This document shows, one piece after another, positions 47,701 to 56,071 of a stretch of 64,000 nucleotides of DNA. The first letter of the stretch is position 1, and every line of letters starts with the position of its first letter. The notes below the pieces were generated by a model that was not told the DNA's origin, did not search any database, and saw nothing but the letters and a program-made list of their open reading frames with translations. The translations under genes were made by a program, and so were the position numbers. The stretch lies in sequence record SRR20825006_2064, one strand, 5' to 3'.

Positions 47701-48324
47701 TACAAGTTTCATGAGCGGGCTGACCTTATGGCTCAGCGATATTTGGGTGAAGCCGATCTCACGCGCGATCTCGCCCGCCCGTGCTTCATGGGCCGGATAG
47801 CGGTATCCATGCACAAAGGCGATGGCCACACTACGGATGCCGGTGTCATAGGCTCTTTGAAGCGCTGCCTTGCAGGCCGCTTCATCAAGCGGCGTCAGCA
47901 CAGTGCCGTCCGCCTGCACACGCTCAAGAGCTTCTTCGGTAATGGTATAGAGCGGCTCGGGCCGGGTGGGCTTCAGTGCGAACAGGTCGGCGCGGTGTTG
48001 TTGGCCGATATAAAGCGCATCCTTGAAGCCTTTGGTGATGAGAAGCAGCGTGGGTTCACCATCACGTTCCAGAAGTGCGTTGGTGGCGACGGTGGTTCCC
48101 ATCTTGATGGCGGAAACCTGATTTGCCGGAAACGGCGCATCACGGTCAGTGCCCATGATATCACGCATGGCATGCACAGCGGCGTCATCATACTGGCCGG
48201 GGGCTTCTGATAGATACTTATGGCTTGAGAGCGTACCGTCCGGATGTTTTGCAACCACATCGGTAAATGTGCCGCCGCGATCAATCCAGAATTGCCATCT
48301 CGCTTTTATGTCGGTGGGTTCCAT
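44725..48324 (-). CDS. ATP-dependent 5-oxoprolinase / fused hydantoinase A+B
   Basis: IDRGGTFTD, MGTTVATNALLER, SGPAGG, DMGGTSTD, KERLDFSC, HMPVHLG, GTHLPD, ETPGGGG. Confidence 0.93.
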   Translation of the reverse strand: MEPTDIKARWQFWIDRGGTFTDVVAKHPDGTLSSHKYLSEAPGQYDDAAVHAMRDIMGTDRDAPFPANQVSAIKMGTTVATNALLERDGEPTLLLITKGFKDALYIGQQHRADLFALKPTRPEPLYTITEEALERVQADGTVLTPLDEAACKAALQRAYDTGIRSVAIAFVHGYRYPAHEARAGEIAREIGFTQISLSHKVSPLMKLVARGDTTVADAYLSPILRRYVNQVQSAVGGTSLYFMQSNGGLAAATAFEGKDAVLSGPAGGIVGAAKSGERAGVKHLIGFDMGGTSTDVSHYAGQYERVFDTVVAGVRMTVPMMDIHTVAAGGGSICRISDGRLQVGPASAGAYPGPAAYGRGGPITVTDCNVLLGKLQPDLFPKVFGEDGKTALDVEKTREGFKALQKALFDATGLKLSLEELAEGFLRVAVEHMARAIKKVSVMRGHDIKKYGLLTFGGAGGQHACLVADALGITKVIVPPFSGVLSALGMGLADQRTIAEQALESPLDEFDALQTAADHVKTQASKALAAQGVTAAEQTVHISARLKYRGTDTTLSVKVEEPKAMQAAFEVAHKAAFGFVEDDEVIVVEAVEAEAIGGAATTALNINAGGADTAPVGERGVFAGGASTSAAVYDRDKLKPGYQVPGPAIIIENGGTTMVEPGWAACLDDGDTLLLLRTEEKSQADISLGKPDPIMLEIFNNLFMSVAEEMGGVLAKTAHSVNVKERLDFSCAVFDADGQLIANAPHMPVHLGSMGESVSAIIRERAGSMKAGDVFMLNDPMAGGTHLPDITVITPVFDDNSTSPTFYVASRGHHADIGGISPGSMPPHSKTLEEEGIRFTNFHLVKDGKFQESAVRDALASGPYPTRNMHQNLADLKAQVAANERGAAQVRRLVGEFGAETVAAYMGHVQDNAEEAVRRVITKLKNGETTYKMDCGATVKVALKVHHTAREITVDFTGTSFTQYNNFNAPLAVTKAAVLYVFRVLTGEDIPLNAGCLKPIKLIVPKGCMLNPTPGAAVVAGNVETSQIVTNALFLAAGALAGSQGTMNNFTFGNAEYQYYETIAGGTGAGDGFDGTAAIQSHMTNSRLTDVEVMEWRYPVVIEEFGIRRNSGGNGRWQGGDGASRRIRFMEEMELAILSGHRDVGPPGLQGGERGLPGKTTVFYPDGNQAELGAADSVTLPKGGSVLIETPGGGGFGPK

Positions 48325-48420
48325 ATGGCTCCATCAGTATGCGAATATGCATGTAATCTAGTGAAGCTTCTGAGCCGATACCAGCCTTATGTTGTCGTGC
48401 GGTGATGGTTAAAATAGATC

Positions 48421-49809
48421 CTAGTCTTTGGATCTAGTACTGCGTTGTTTTCGCAGATGATAACGCAGCAAATTTCCATAGCACTGTTGGAGTTCTTTCA
48501 TCTGATCCATCTTTTTCCGGAGGGCCCAGCTGCCTGCCGCGTAGGCGAGCGGGCTAGCGCTGGCACCTTGAGAGAAGGATGCAGCATTATCAAGCGCTGT
48601 GACAACATCTTGGGCTGCCCGGTCGATTGCAGTAAAGCCCAAAGCGTCACTGCCACTGAATTCCGAAGCAATGACACCCATTGCTAGTAGTACAAAAGCA
48701 TTTTCGGCAATTTGTTCGCTATTATGGGCCATGAACTTGGCCATTTTCGCCATGCGTGACCGGTTAAACATAATGTCGGCGCTATGAGAAGCAACAAGTT
48801 CAATATGGCTCTCCAGTTGTTCGTTTTTCTGGGTTTCCGCGTAGTTGCCATTAATGATCTCGCGGGTCAGTTTTGCTGACTGTCGGAACTCGTCATGATG
48901 ATGCAGTTCCCAAAGGGTGTTGAAGTCGAGTTTGGGGTCGTGGCCTTCAATTTGCTGTGGTCTGGCGATTTCCTGTTGCAGAAATTCATATCCTTCCGGC
49001 GCGCCGGAATTTCTGTAACTTCTGACGAACATTTCCAGATCGGAGAACTGATGCTGCTCCACAGTATGGGTTGTGGCAGCGCGGCTCGCCACATCATATT
49101 GATTCTGTATGTCATGGCTGAAGTAATCATCAATCCATAGCCTGACAAGCTGCCATCCATCTTCAAAATCAGCGGACAGATTATAGAAATCTCCTCGCTT
49201 AGTTGGCGGAGTTATATGGGTATTCAGGCGATTGATAGTAGTTTTTATGTGTCGAATTTTAGGATTGTAGTCTTCCGTTCGAAGTTGTTCTAGGCGGTAG
49301 CTAATGTAAGATAAGTAATTTGGGTCACGGTGGACACCATCAGTCACGGGTCTCTGAGCCGCTTGAGATTCAATGTGCTGATGGATCAGCGACGCCACAA
49401 GGCCGGTACCTTTAGGTAGGTGATCATCAATTTCGTTGAATTTGCGAGCTTTATATAGTTCTCCGAGGATTGCTAAAGATTCATCTTTGACGAGCGCGCG
49501 CTTGCCTGAGGCATCGAATTGATACTGGGTGGCGAAGTCAGTGTAATGATGAAATCGTTTATCGAGGGCAAGCCGAAATGGTACCCAAGGTTCAGTACCG
49601 GAGCCTACATTTTTGCATGTGAAGACCTCGGCGACTAGCTGATGAAAAATTCGTGAATCACCGACATTTCCAGCGGGTACCACGCAAGAGGTGTCCAGTA
49701 AACCAGCAATGAAGACATCGATTTTCGCGGAAGCCTGCGCAAATCGATAGTTTGGTGTTTCGATGCTATTGCTGGCATCTATGCCTTGAATGAGTATCGT
49801 GCCGCCCAT
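48421..49809 (-). CDS. Hypothetical protein (orphan, AT-richer than neighbours)
   Basis: 462-codon open frame with GGGGA RBS before ATG 49809; no recognised motif. Confidence 0.7.
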   Translation of the reverse strand: MGGTILIQGIDASNSIETPNYRFAQASAKIDVFIAGLLDTSCVVPAGNVGDSRIFHQLVAEVFTCKNVGSGTEPWVPFRLALDKRFHHYTDFATQYQFDASGKRALVKDESLAILGELYKARKFNEIDDHLPKGTGLVASLIHQHIESQAAQRPVTDGVHRDPNYLSYISYRLEQLRTEDYNPKIRHIKTTINRLNTHITPPTKRGDFYNLSADFEDGWQLVRLWIDDYFSHDIQNQYDVASRAATTHTVEQHQFSDLEMFVRSYRNSGAPEGYEFLQQEIARPQQIEGHDPKLDFNTLWELHHHDEFRQSAKLTREIINGNYAETQKNEQLESHIELVASHSADIMFNRSRMAKMAKFMAHNSEQIAENAFVLLAMGVIASEFSGSDALGFTAIDRAAQDVVTALDNAASFSQGASASPLAYAAGSWALRKKMDQMKELQQCYGNLLRYHLRKQRSTRSKD

Positions 49810-49897
49810 TAAATCCCCCAATGTTGCGAGCCTCAAAACTCAGGATATCAAGTGGGATTGTGAAAGTCACCATACAGGCTATGGAACTGAGTGAGCG

Positions 49898-50485
49898 CTA
49901 TTCGCTACTTAGCCCGGCGACAAGGCCGTTGTAGCGCCGGCGCATATCGTTGCCCATGCCAGCGCAGAAACGCTTTGCGCCAAAGTCGGTCAGCAGCGCG
50001 TCAAAAAGCCCACGTCTGCGACCGATCTTGAACATCACTACAGTGGAAGATATATCACCCATCAGGATCAACCTGTCACGCTCACCAAGCTGGCCCATTA
50101 TCTCGGTGATCTTGTCGTTGATTGGCGATTTATTGATCAGCGTGGCGACCTGCAGGGTGCTTTGTGCAGCGATGTTGTTGAGCATGCGCACATCCATGGT
50201 GTCATCAGCGCAAATCAGGTTATAAGCCATTACCTGAGAGGCTTCCTCAAGCAGGTGAAACGCAGATTGATTGCGGTTTTCATTGAGAAACTGCAAATGC
50301 TCTGCCGCCAGCATGCGTACAAGCTCAGCCCGTTGCAGCATGAAACGCATGGATTGAAGCGCGCGTTCTTCCTCAGTCTGGGGAGCGGGAGCATCTTGTG
50401 CCACCGCTATCGGGGTAAGCAAAAGCATCAGGCTGGCCGAAACGGCCTTTAAAATTTGAAATCGAAACATAGACTTAACCATCAC
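49898..50485 (-). CDS. Hypothetical secreted alpha-helical protein
   Basis: Signal-peptide-like N-terminus ending AVA, two Cys; start could be 50485, 50482 or 50470. Confidence 0.7.
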   Translation of the reverse strand: MMVKSMFRFQILKAVSASLMLLLTPIAVAQDAPAPQTEEERALQSMRFMLQRAELVRMLAAEHLQFLNENRNQSAFHLLEEASQVMAYNLICADDTMDVRMLNNIAAQSTLQVATLINKSPINDKITEIMGQLGERDRLILMGDISSTVVMFKIGRRRGLFDALLTDFGAKRFCAGMGNDMRRRYNGLVAGLSSE

Positions 50486-50584
50486 ACTTTATGTCAGAAT
50501 GATTACATAACATTGTTTTTGCCTCATGTGCCATGTAAATGGACACCTGTTAACGCACTAAAGTTTGATGACAAAGGGAACCCC

Positions 50585-51034
50585 GTGACCGAAATCTATG
50601 TTGATGCCGATGCCTGCCCGGTGAAAGAAGAAGCGCTCAAAGTAGCGTACCGGCATGACCTTGTGCTTCACCTTGTGAGCAACCAGTGGCTTCGTCTTGA
50701 AGTGGGGGAACGTATCAACAAGGTTGTGGTGGGTGACGGGTTCGACGCGGCAGATGACTGGATCGCGGAGCGCGCAGGCAAGGGCGATATATGCATCACC
50801 GGCGATATTCAGCTCGCAGCCCGTTGTCTTGAGGCCGGGGCTCAGGTTATGGGGCACAATGGCCGACCCTTTAGCGAGGAAAACATCGGCATGGCGCTCG
50901 CGATGCGGGAGCTGAAATCTCAACTGCGGGATATGGGGGAAGACCGCGGGTTTAACGCGTCTTTCTCAGGCAAGGACAGGTCACGTTTTCTGTCAGCGCT
51001 GGAAGCGGCGGTACAACAAGCGAACCGCCGGTAA
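50585..51034 (+). CDS. YaiI/YqxD (UPF0178) family protein
   Basis: IYVDADACPVK, DAADDWI, ITGDIQLA; GTG 50585. Confidence 0.9.
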   Translation: MTEIYVDADACPVKEEALKVAYRHDLVLHLVSNQWLRLEVGERINKVVVGDGFDAADDWIAERAGKGDICITGDIQLAARCLEAGAQVMGHNGRPFSEENIGMALAMRELKSQLRDMGEDRGFNASFSGKDRSRFLSALEAAVQQANRR

Positions 51035-51039
51035 AACCG

Positions 51040-51222
51040 TCAGGCCTTGATATCGATCTTCAGGCCTTTGCCACGGTCGGTGTGCAGGGCTTCAATTTTC
51101 ACTTTGCTGCGCGGCACGTCGTCAAGATCGATCTTGATCTTGGATTCGGGCCCTTTTGTAGAAAGGCGCGACGGTGCAATGTGCAGTGGGTTTGCGTTGG
51201 CGGATGAAATGCTTTCGATCAT
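51040..51222 (-). CDS. Small hypothetical protein (60 aa)
   Basis: Fills the gap convergent with yaiI; ends in GLKIDIKA. Confidence 0.5.
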   Translation of the reverse strand: MIESISSANANPLHIAPSRLSTKGPESKIKIDLDDVPRSKVKIEALHTDRGKGLKIDIKA

Positions 51223-51341
51223 GTCTCTGACCTATTGTCCGGTTGGGTTATCATCAAGTGAGGCCTTGATGACAGAGCCCGCGTGACAAAAAAAGAGACG
51301 CATAAAATTGTAGCTAAGTTTTCTGTGGATAACTCGCCTGT

Positions 51342-52523
51342 TTACTTTGGCAACCATGCGTGCAGGAAGTTGAGGCTGCTTTCCCCCATCACGAGGCGGA
51401 TATCTTTGGCGCTTACACCTTGTTCAAGCAGAGCGGCAGTGATGGCCGGAATATGATCTGACGGCATGGCAGCCACAGCGCCGTCCCAGTCTGAACCCAG
51501 CGCCACATGGTCAGCCCCCACCAGTTCAATGCCGTAGGCGATGGCTTTGGCAATGGCTTCGGGCGTGGTGCCGCAAACGGCTGTTTCCCAGTAGCCGACA
51601 GCAATCAGCCCGCCTTTTGTTGCAATTTCTTTCATCAACTCGTCAGAGAAATTGCGCTCCGTGTCGCACGCACCGCGAAAGCCGGTGTGGGAGACAACAA
51701 CCCCGCGTGAGGTGATGGCAAGTGCGTCTCTGGCGGATTGTTCAGATGCGTGGGCGAGGTCGATAATAATCTGCAACTCATCAAGGCGGCGGACAACCTG
51801 TTTGCCAAAGTCTGTAAGCCCGGCCTTGCTGACACCGTGAAGTGAGCCGCCAAGCTCATTGTCAAAAAAGTGGGTCAGGCCAACCATGCGAAAACCTGCG
51901 GCATACATTTTGTCTACATTAGCGATGTTACCCTCAAGCGGGTGTGCACCTTCGGTTCCCAAAAGGGCAGCGACAGGTTGCGGTACGGAACTTGTTTCGC
52001 GCGCCTCGAGGAAGTCCTGAAGCTCTGACTGGGTGCGAACCCACATTAAACCACCCTCGGATTTCTTGATGAAACTATCCAGCTTTTCGGCCTGATAGAG
52101 CGCACGTGCCAGAAGGCTGCTGTGTGTATCACTGGGCCAGCCCTGAAGGTATGAGACGAGCGTGATGTTGTCGCTGTTAGCCTCATTGGCGTGCACGTTC
52201 ATGTTGCGCGGTGTTTTTGTGACCGTGGTGAACATCTGCAGGGCCATGTTGCCGTCTCTTAGGCGCGGCAGGTCTACGTGCCCCCGGTCAGCGCGGTCAA
52301 GAAGGCTGCGGTTCCAAAGCAGGGTATCGGCATGCCAGTCCATGATGCGGAGTGAGCCATGAAGTTCTGCTGCTTCGTCGCTAATGCTGAACGGGCGATT
52401 ATCGACGATTTTGTTGAGCTGGCGCTCCAGGATGCCGGGCCCGAAGGTGCGGGCCGCAATATAAAGCACACCAGCAAGGATGGCAGTGCCCGCCAGAAAC
52501 TTTAGCAATCTGTTTTTCATCAT
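51342..52523 (-). CDS. Membrane dipeptidase (peptidase M19)
   Basis: DWHAD, HVDLPRL, EGAH, IDLAH, VVSH, LGSDWDG; N-terminal anchor. Confidence 0.9.
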   Translation of the reverse strand: MMKNRLLKFLAGTAILAGVLYIAARTFGPGILERQLNKIVDNRPFSISDEAAELHGSLRIMDWHADTLLWNRSLLDRADRGHVDLPRLRDGNMALQMFTTVTKTPRNMNVHANEANSDNITLVSYLQGWPSDTHSSLLARALYQAEKLDSFIKKSEGGLMWVRTQSELQDFLEARETSSVPQPVAALLGTEGAHPLEGNIANVDKMYAAGFRMVGLTHFFDNELGGSLHGVSKAGLTDFGKQVVRRLDELQIIIDLAHASEQSARDALAITSRGVVVSHTGFRGACDTERNFSDELMKEIATKGGLIAVGYWETAVCGTTPEAIAKAIAYGIELVGADHVALGSDWDGAVAAMPSDHIPAITAALLEQGVSAKDIRLVMGESSLNFLHAWLPK

Positions 52524-52627
52524 GTTCTCCCCGACCCCAAGTGAATTAGCCTTATGTGAAGTGGGCGTAAAATTGGATTTGTCCAGCCCTGTGCCGAGAA
52601 AGGTACTTTGTGGTCATGCCGCGCCAT

Positions 52628-52657
52628 AAAAAAAGGGGCGCTGATCAAGGCGCCCCT
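52628..52657 (-). terminator. Rho-independent terminator of the blaI-blaR-like operon
   Basis: AGGGGCGC / GCGCCCCT stem followed by a T-run on the minus strand. Confidence 0.8.
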
Positions 52658-52680
52658 CAAGAGAGTGTTTGGAAACTTGT

Positions 52681-55503
52681 CTAGATATTTGTGCCGTCCA
52701 CTTTTGCGGGCTCAACCGTTGGGGCTGGTGCCGGTGTTGGGGCAGGACGCGGTGCTGAAGATGGGCCGCGCCTGCCACGCCGTGTATCGGGGTGATACTT
52801 GCCGGACGCTAGTGCAGACACGCGCTCTCGTTCATATTTGGAATCAATGCCTTCAATGGCGCTGAAAAGGGCCTTATTGAGGTCTTTGTTGTCTTCCGGC
52901 ATCAAGTAACGCAGGGCAAGCAGGGTTTCTGCCTTTTCATAGTCGCTATCGATTGCGGCGGTGGCATCAATAATTTCGCGCCAGGACTTGCTGCTCATTT
53001 TGCCGTAGGACGCGATCATCAGGATGGCCTGACGCCGCTCATAGTCGCTGTCGATCTGGTGCAGCGTTTCAACCAGCGTTTCCGTCGCGTCTTCAGATTC
53101 CTTGATCTGCTCAACAAAGCTTCCGATGAACAAACGGAGTTCATAGTCGCTCTCAATGCGCTCCTTTGCGATTTTAGCCAGGCTCTTAATGTTCTTTTTG
53201 CTCAGCTTTTTCTCATGAATGATGGAGCTGAGAAGCAGTCGTTGCTCGTAGTCGCTCTCGATCCGCTCGGCGACCTCAAGCAGATCTTCCATCATGTCGC
53301 TATCGAGCTCGGAGCCCACCACGAAGGGAGTGAGCAGCAGGCGGATCTCATAGTCGCTTTCCATATTTTTCGCGAGGTCGATCAACACGCCCATGGTCTT
53401 CTTATTAACACCGAATTTTTCAAAATAAGGCGTCAGAAGAAGCCGAAGCTCATAATCGCTTTCGATTGACTTCGCGGCCTCAAGCACCACTGGCATAACC
53501 TTGGGTGAAAGGTTCTGTTCCATCATCATGGTGGTGAGGGCAAGCCGGGTCTCATAGTCGCTTTCCATCTGCGCGAGCCGCTCAACAAGCTTGAGCTGTT
53601 CTTTGTCGCTCAGTTTGGCTTCATGCATCAGGTGTGTTGCATAGATGCGGGTGACATAGTCGCTTTCAAGCTCGTCAATTTCTTTGATGACACCTTTGAC
53701 ACCATCCGCCTTGAGGATGCGTTTCACGCGCTGTGGTGCATTCAGGCCGGTTTCGCGAATAAGGGTGAGCAGGGTTTCTGCCACCCATTCCTGACCCTCG
53801 GTATCGAGCGCGGTTTTGTCACCGTCTACCCAGTAGGTGGTCTCGATTTTGCCGTCTTCACTCTCAAAACGAACACGGCGACGTGGTCCCTTGCCTTTGG
53901 TTTCAAGTTCGAGCTCACCACCGTCATCAACTTCGGCGACATAACGTTCGTCAGCGGTCAGTTCAAAGTTGCCATCCCATTCTGCTTTGATCGTATGGCC
54001 ATTTTCTGTCCAGACCATGTTGCCGGTCATGTGCCCATCATCACGGGATGAGATGCTCACGCTGCGGCTATCGCCCTTGCGGTGCCCGCGCTTTTTGCCG
54101 TCATCGCTCACGAAGGTAAAGTTATCGCCGTCTAACTCGAGCGTGCCTTGAACGTTGGAAAGGCCCATTTCACGCATTGCGATATTGGTCTTGAATGGAG
54201 CCTCAGGCTCGTTCATGTCCATTGCCCAGTCGTCGGAAAGACTTGTCTCCGGGTTCAGGGCTTCGGCAAACTCGATGCTTGGCAAGCCAAGGGCGAGTAC
54301 CACCATCCCGGCGGTCAGGCCGGATTTGGCGAAGACGCCCGCGTTTTTAAAGGGCAGGCGTTCAGCACCAATCAGGCGCTCCACCCGCGTTTTCAGCATG
54401 GATTTATTTCCTGCCATTGCTAATCCCCATTGTATCTGTCGGTTTTCTTGTATTTTTGTCGCGCAGGTAAAGAGAGCTGTGGCAACGGCTCTTGCGTCCG
54501 CTAGCTGCCGGGCAGCCCATTCGTCCGCGGCCAGTTCCGCGATATCTGTCAGCCGCCGGCGCGCAAGCATGAACATCGGCTGAAAGAAAAAGAGACGAGA
54601 AAGAAGTTGAAGCGCCATCAGCATGATCGGGTCGCGGCGCAACATGTGGCCAACCTCGTGTGCGAGAAGGCTTTTAAGTTCTTCGTGTGGTAGGTCGTCA
54701 AACGCCCAGTTTGGCAGGCATATCTCGCGCCGGGGCAGGCATATCGGACTTTTGATGTCTGATGATCGGCTGAGGTATGGCACATGCCGGATATCAACTT
54801 CTGCGCAGATTTCGCGCAGTGTTTGGTTGGCCTTATGTTCGGCCGGCACACGTGTGCGGCTGCCAAGGTCTTTTACGGCCAACCGGTATGCGAGCCCGAG
54901 CATGGCAATCGCGGCGAAAGCGATGAAACCCCATGCCAATGTGGCCAGTTGTTTGGTGCTTAGGTCCGCAACAGCATCAATCCAGCTTGTTGTATAGTAG
55001 TTCTCGCTGTCGCCCTCGGGGCTGTCGGTCTCGGGCATGGATATCTCGTGACCGGTGGCCGTTTCGGCCATGGTTTTAGTGCTGCTTGATGCTGTTGCGG
55101 ACCTGAAGGTGCGACCATCTGATCCTCGAAGTTCAAGGGCTGGCGCTGAGGTGTCATCTACCTTGATGGCCTGCATTGGAATATCATTGTCGGGCACAAA
55201 GGCTTTGCCCGCTTCCCGCTTTGGTGCAAGGCCCTTCAATGGGCGGCCATCGTCAAAGCTTTGCACAATTTCTGCTGCGCGCGTGTGTTCAATTGTGATG
55301 GGGCCGGAGAGCCAGTCTCCGATCGGCAACAGGGCCGCGAACGAACCCGCGATAGCAAGCTTCCAGGCCAGTTCCGCCAGATCAGGTGTATTGATCAGCC
55401 GAATTTTCTCAAACACCCAGACAGCGCCCATCATAACGGTGCTGGCGACCATGAATTTCGCGAAGAGAGAGAGGAATGGCAGGTCTGAAATGAGATCAAA
55501 CAT
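52681..55503 (-). CDS. M56-family (BlaR1/MecR1-like) metallopeptidase with large repeat-containing C-terminal domain
   Basis: N-terminal TMs, LLAHEVGH, FFFQP, ELAADEWA, LKTRVERL, a further TM, then nine (I/M/L)(E/D)SDYE-type repeats. Confidence 0.9.
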   Translation of the reverse strand: MFDLISDLPFLSLFAKFMVASTVMMGAVWVFEKIRLINTPDLAELAWKLAIAGSFAALLPIGDWLSGPITIEHTRAAEIVQSFDDGRPLKGLAPKREAGKAFVPDNDIPMQAIKVDDTSAPALELRGSDGRTFRSATASSSTKTMAETATGHEISMPETDSPEGDSENYYTTSWIDAVADLSTKQLATLAWGFIAFAAIAMLGLAYRLAVKDLGSRTRVPAEHKANQTLREICAEVDIRHVPYLSRSSDIKSPICLPRREICLPNWAFDDLPHEELKSLLAHEVGHMLRRDPIMLMALQLLSRLFFFQPMFMLARRRLTDIAELAADEWAARQLADARAVATALFTCATKIQENRQIQWGLAMAGNKSMLKTRVERLIGAERLPFKNAGVFAKSGLTAGMVVLALGLPSIEFAEALNPETSLSDDWAMDMNEPEAPFKTNIAMREMGLSNVQGTLELDGDNFTFVSDDGKKRGHRKGDSRSVSISSRDDGHMTGNMVWTENGHTIKAEWDGNFELTADERYVAEVDDGGELELETKGKGPRRRVRFESEDGKIETTYWVDGDKTALDTEGQEWVAETLLTLIRETGLNAPQRVKRILKADGVKGVIKEIDELESDYVTRIYATHLMHEAKLSDKEQLKLVERLAQMESDYETRLALTTMMMEQNLSPKVMPVVLEAAKSIESDYELRLLLTPYFEKFGVNKKTMGVLIDLAKNMESDYEIRLLLTPFVVGSELDSDMMEDLLEVAERIESDYEQRLLLSSIIHEKKLSKKNIKSLAKIAKERIESDYELRLFIGSFVEQIKESEDATETLVETLHQIDSDYERRQAILMIASYGKMSSKSWREIIDATAAIDSDYEKAETLLALRYLMPEDNKDLNKALFSAIEGIDSKYERERVSALASGKYHPDTRRGRRGPSSAPRPAPTPAPAPTVEPAKVDGTNI
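52832..53664 (-). repeat. Coding repeat with 102/105-bp period (34-35 aa SDYE repeats)
   Basis: TCATAGTCGCT-like motif at 52937, 53039, 53141, 53246, 53348, 53450, 53552, 53654; degenerate copy at 52832. Confidence 0.9.
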
Positions 55504-55874
55504 CAGTTTTGCTCCTTCTCGAGAAGCGCTTCAACATCCTTGAGGTCGCCTTGATCAAAATCACCTTCCCGTACCAGATGTGCGAGCAGGGCTTTGCTGT
55601 CTCCCTTGAAAAGGGTGGAGACAAGGGATGATACCATCGAGCGTTTTACGTCACGTTCGTCAATTTCGGCCTTGTAGATGCGCTCACGTCCGCGGGTTTC
55701 CGATGACAGCACACCTTTTTTCTCAAGCCGGGACAACACTGTGCCAACGGTCGTATGAGCCAGGGAAAGCGCTTCCAGTGCGTGCTGCACATCTTTTGCG
55801 GAGCCTTCGCCAAGTTGCCACAGAACCTGGACGATTTGATATTGCTGATCGCTGAGTTTGATATTGCCTGCCAT
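55503..55874 (-). CDS. BlaI/MecI/CopY family repressor
   Basis: LS..Q.QIVQVLW, LAHTTVGTVLSRLEKKG, TLFKGD..ALLAHL; 1-nt coupling to the M56 gene. Confidence 0.92.
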   Translation of the reverse strand: MAGNIKLSDQQYQIVQVLWQLGEGSAKDVQHALEALSLAHTTVGTVLSRLEKKGVLSSETRGRERIYKAEIDERDVKRSMVSSLVSTLFKGDSKALLAHLVREGDFDQGDLKDVEALLEKEQN

Positions 55875-55890
55875 CGATTTAAGCCTTTTC

Positions 55891-55928
55891 TACTACATGT
55901 GTAGAAGTGATTTACTACAGCTGTAGTA
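55891..55928. promoter_or_regulatory. Two BlaI/CopY-type operators TACAnnTGTA
   Basis: TACATGTGTA at 55894 and TACAGCTGTA at 55916, 22 bp apart; the second is a perfect 16-bp palindrome TACTACAGCTGTAGTA. Confidence 0.88.
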
Positions 55929-56071
55929 GGGCGTCAAATATTTTTTGAGTTCTGGCTGCATTCTGCGACGAGCTGTGCTGTCCATGAGTTAGTGTGCAGG
56001 TTCGGTTTGCAAAACGAGATATTTTCAATAAGGTGTTGCGCGACCGAGTGGGAAACGAGCGGGGGAGCTTC

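Noticed and set aside
51324-51332. Perfect DnaA box TGTGGATAA
   Set aside because: A single 9-mer can occur by chance in 64 kb; no box cluster or origin-associated genes
52832-53664. Regularly spaced TCATAGTCGCT motif resembling a CRISPR array
   Set aside because: Only about 11 nt are conserved, the 102/105-bp period is a multiple of 3 and lies in frame in the M56 gene, and there are no cas genes
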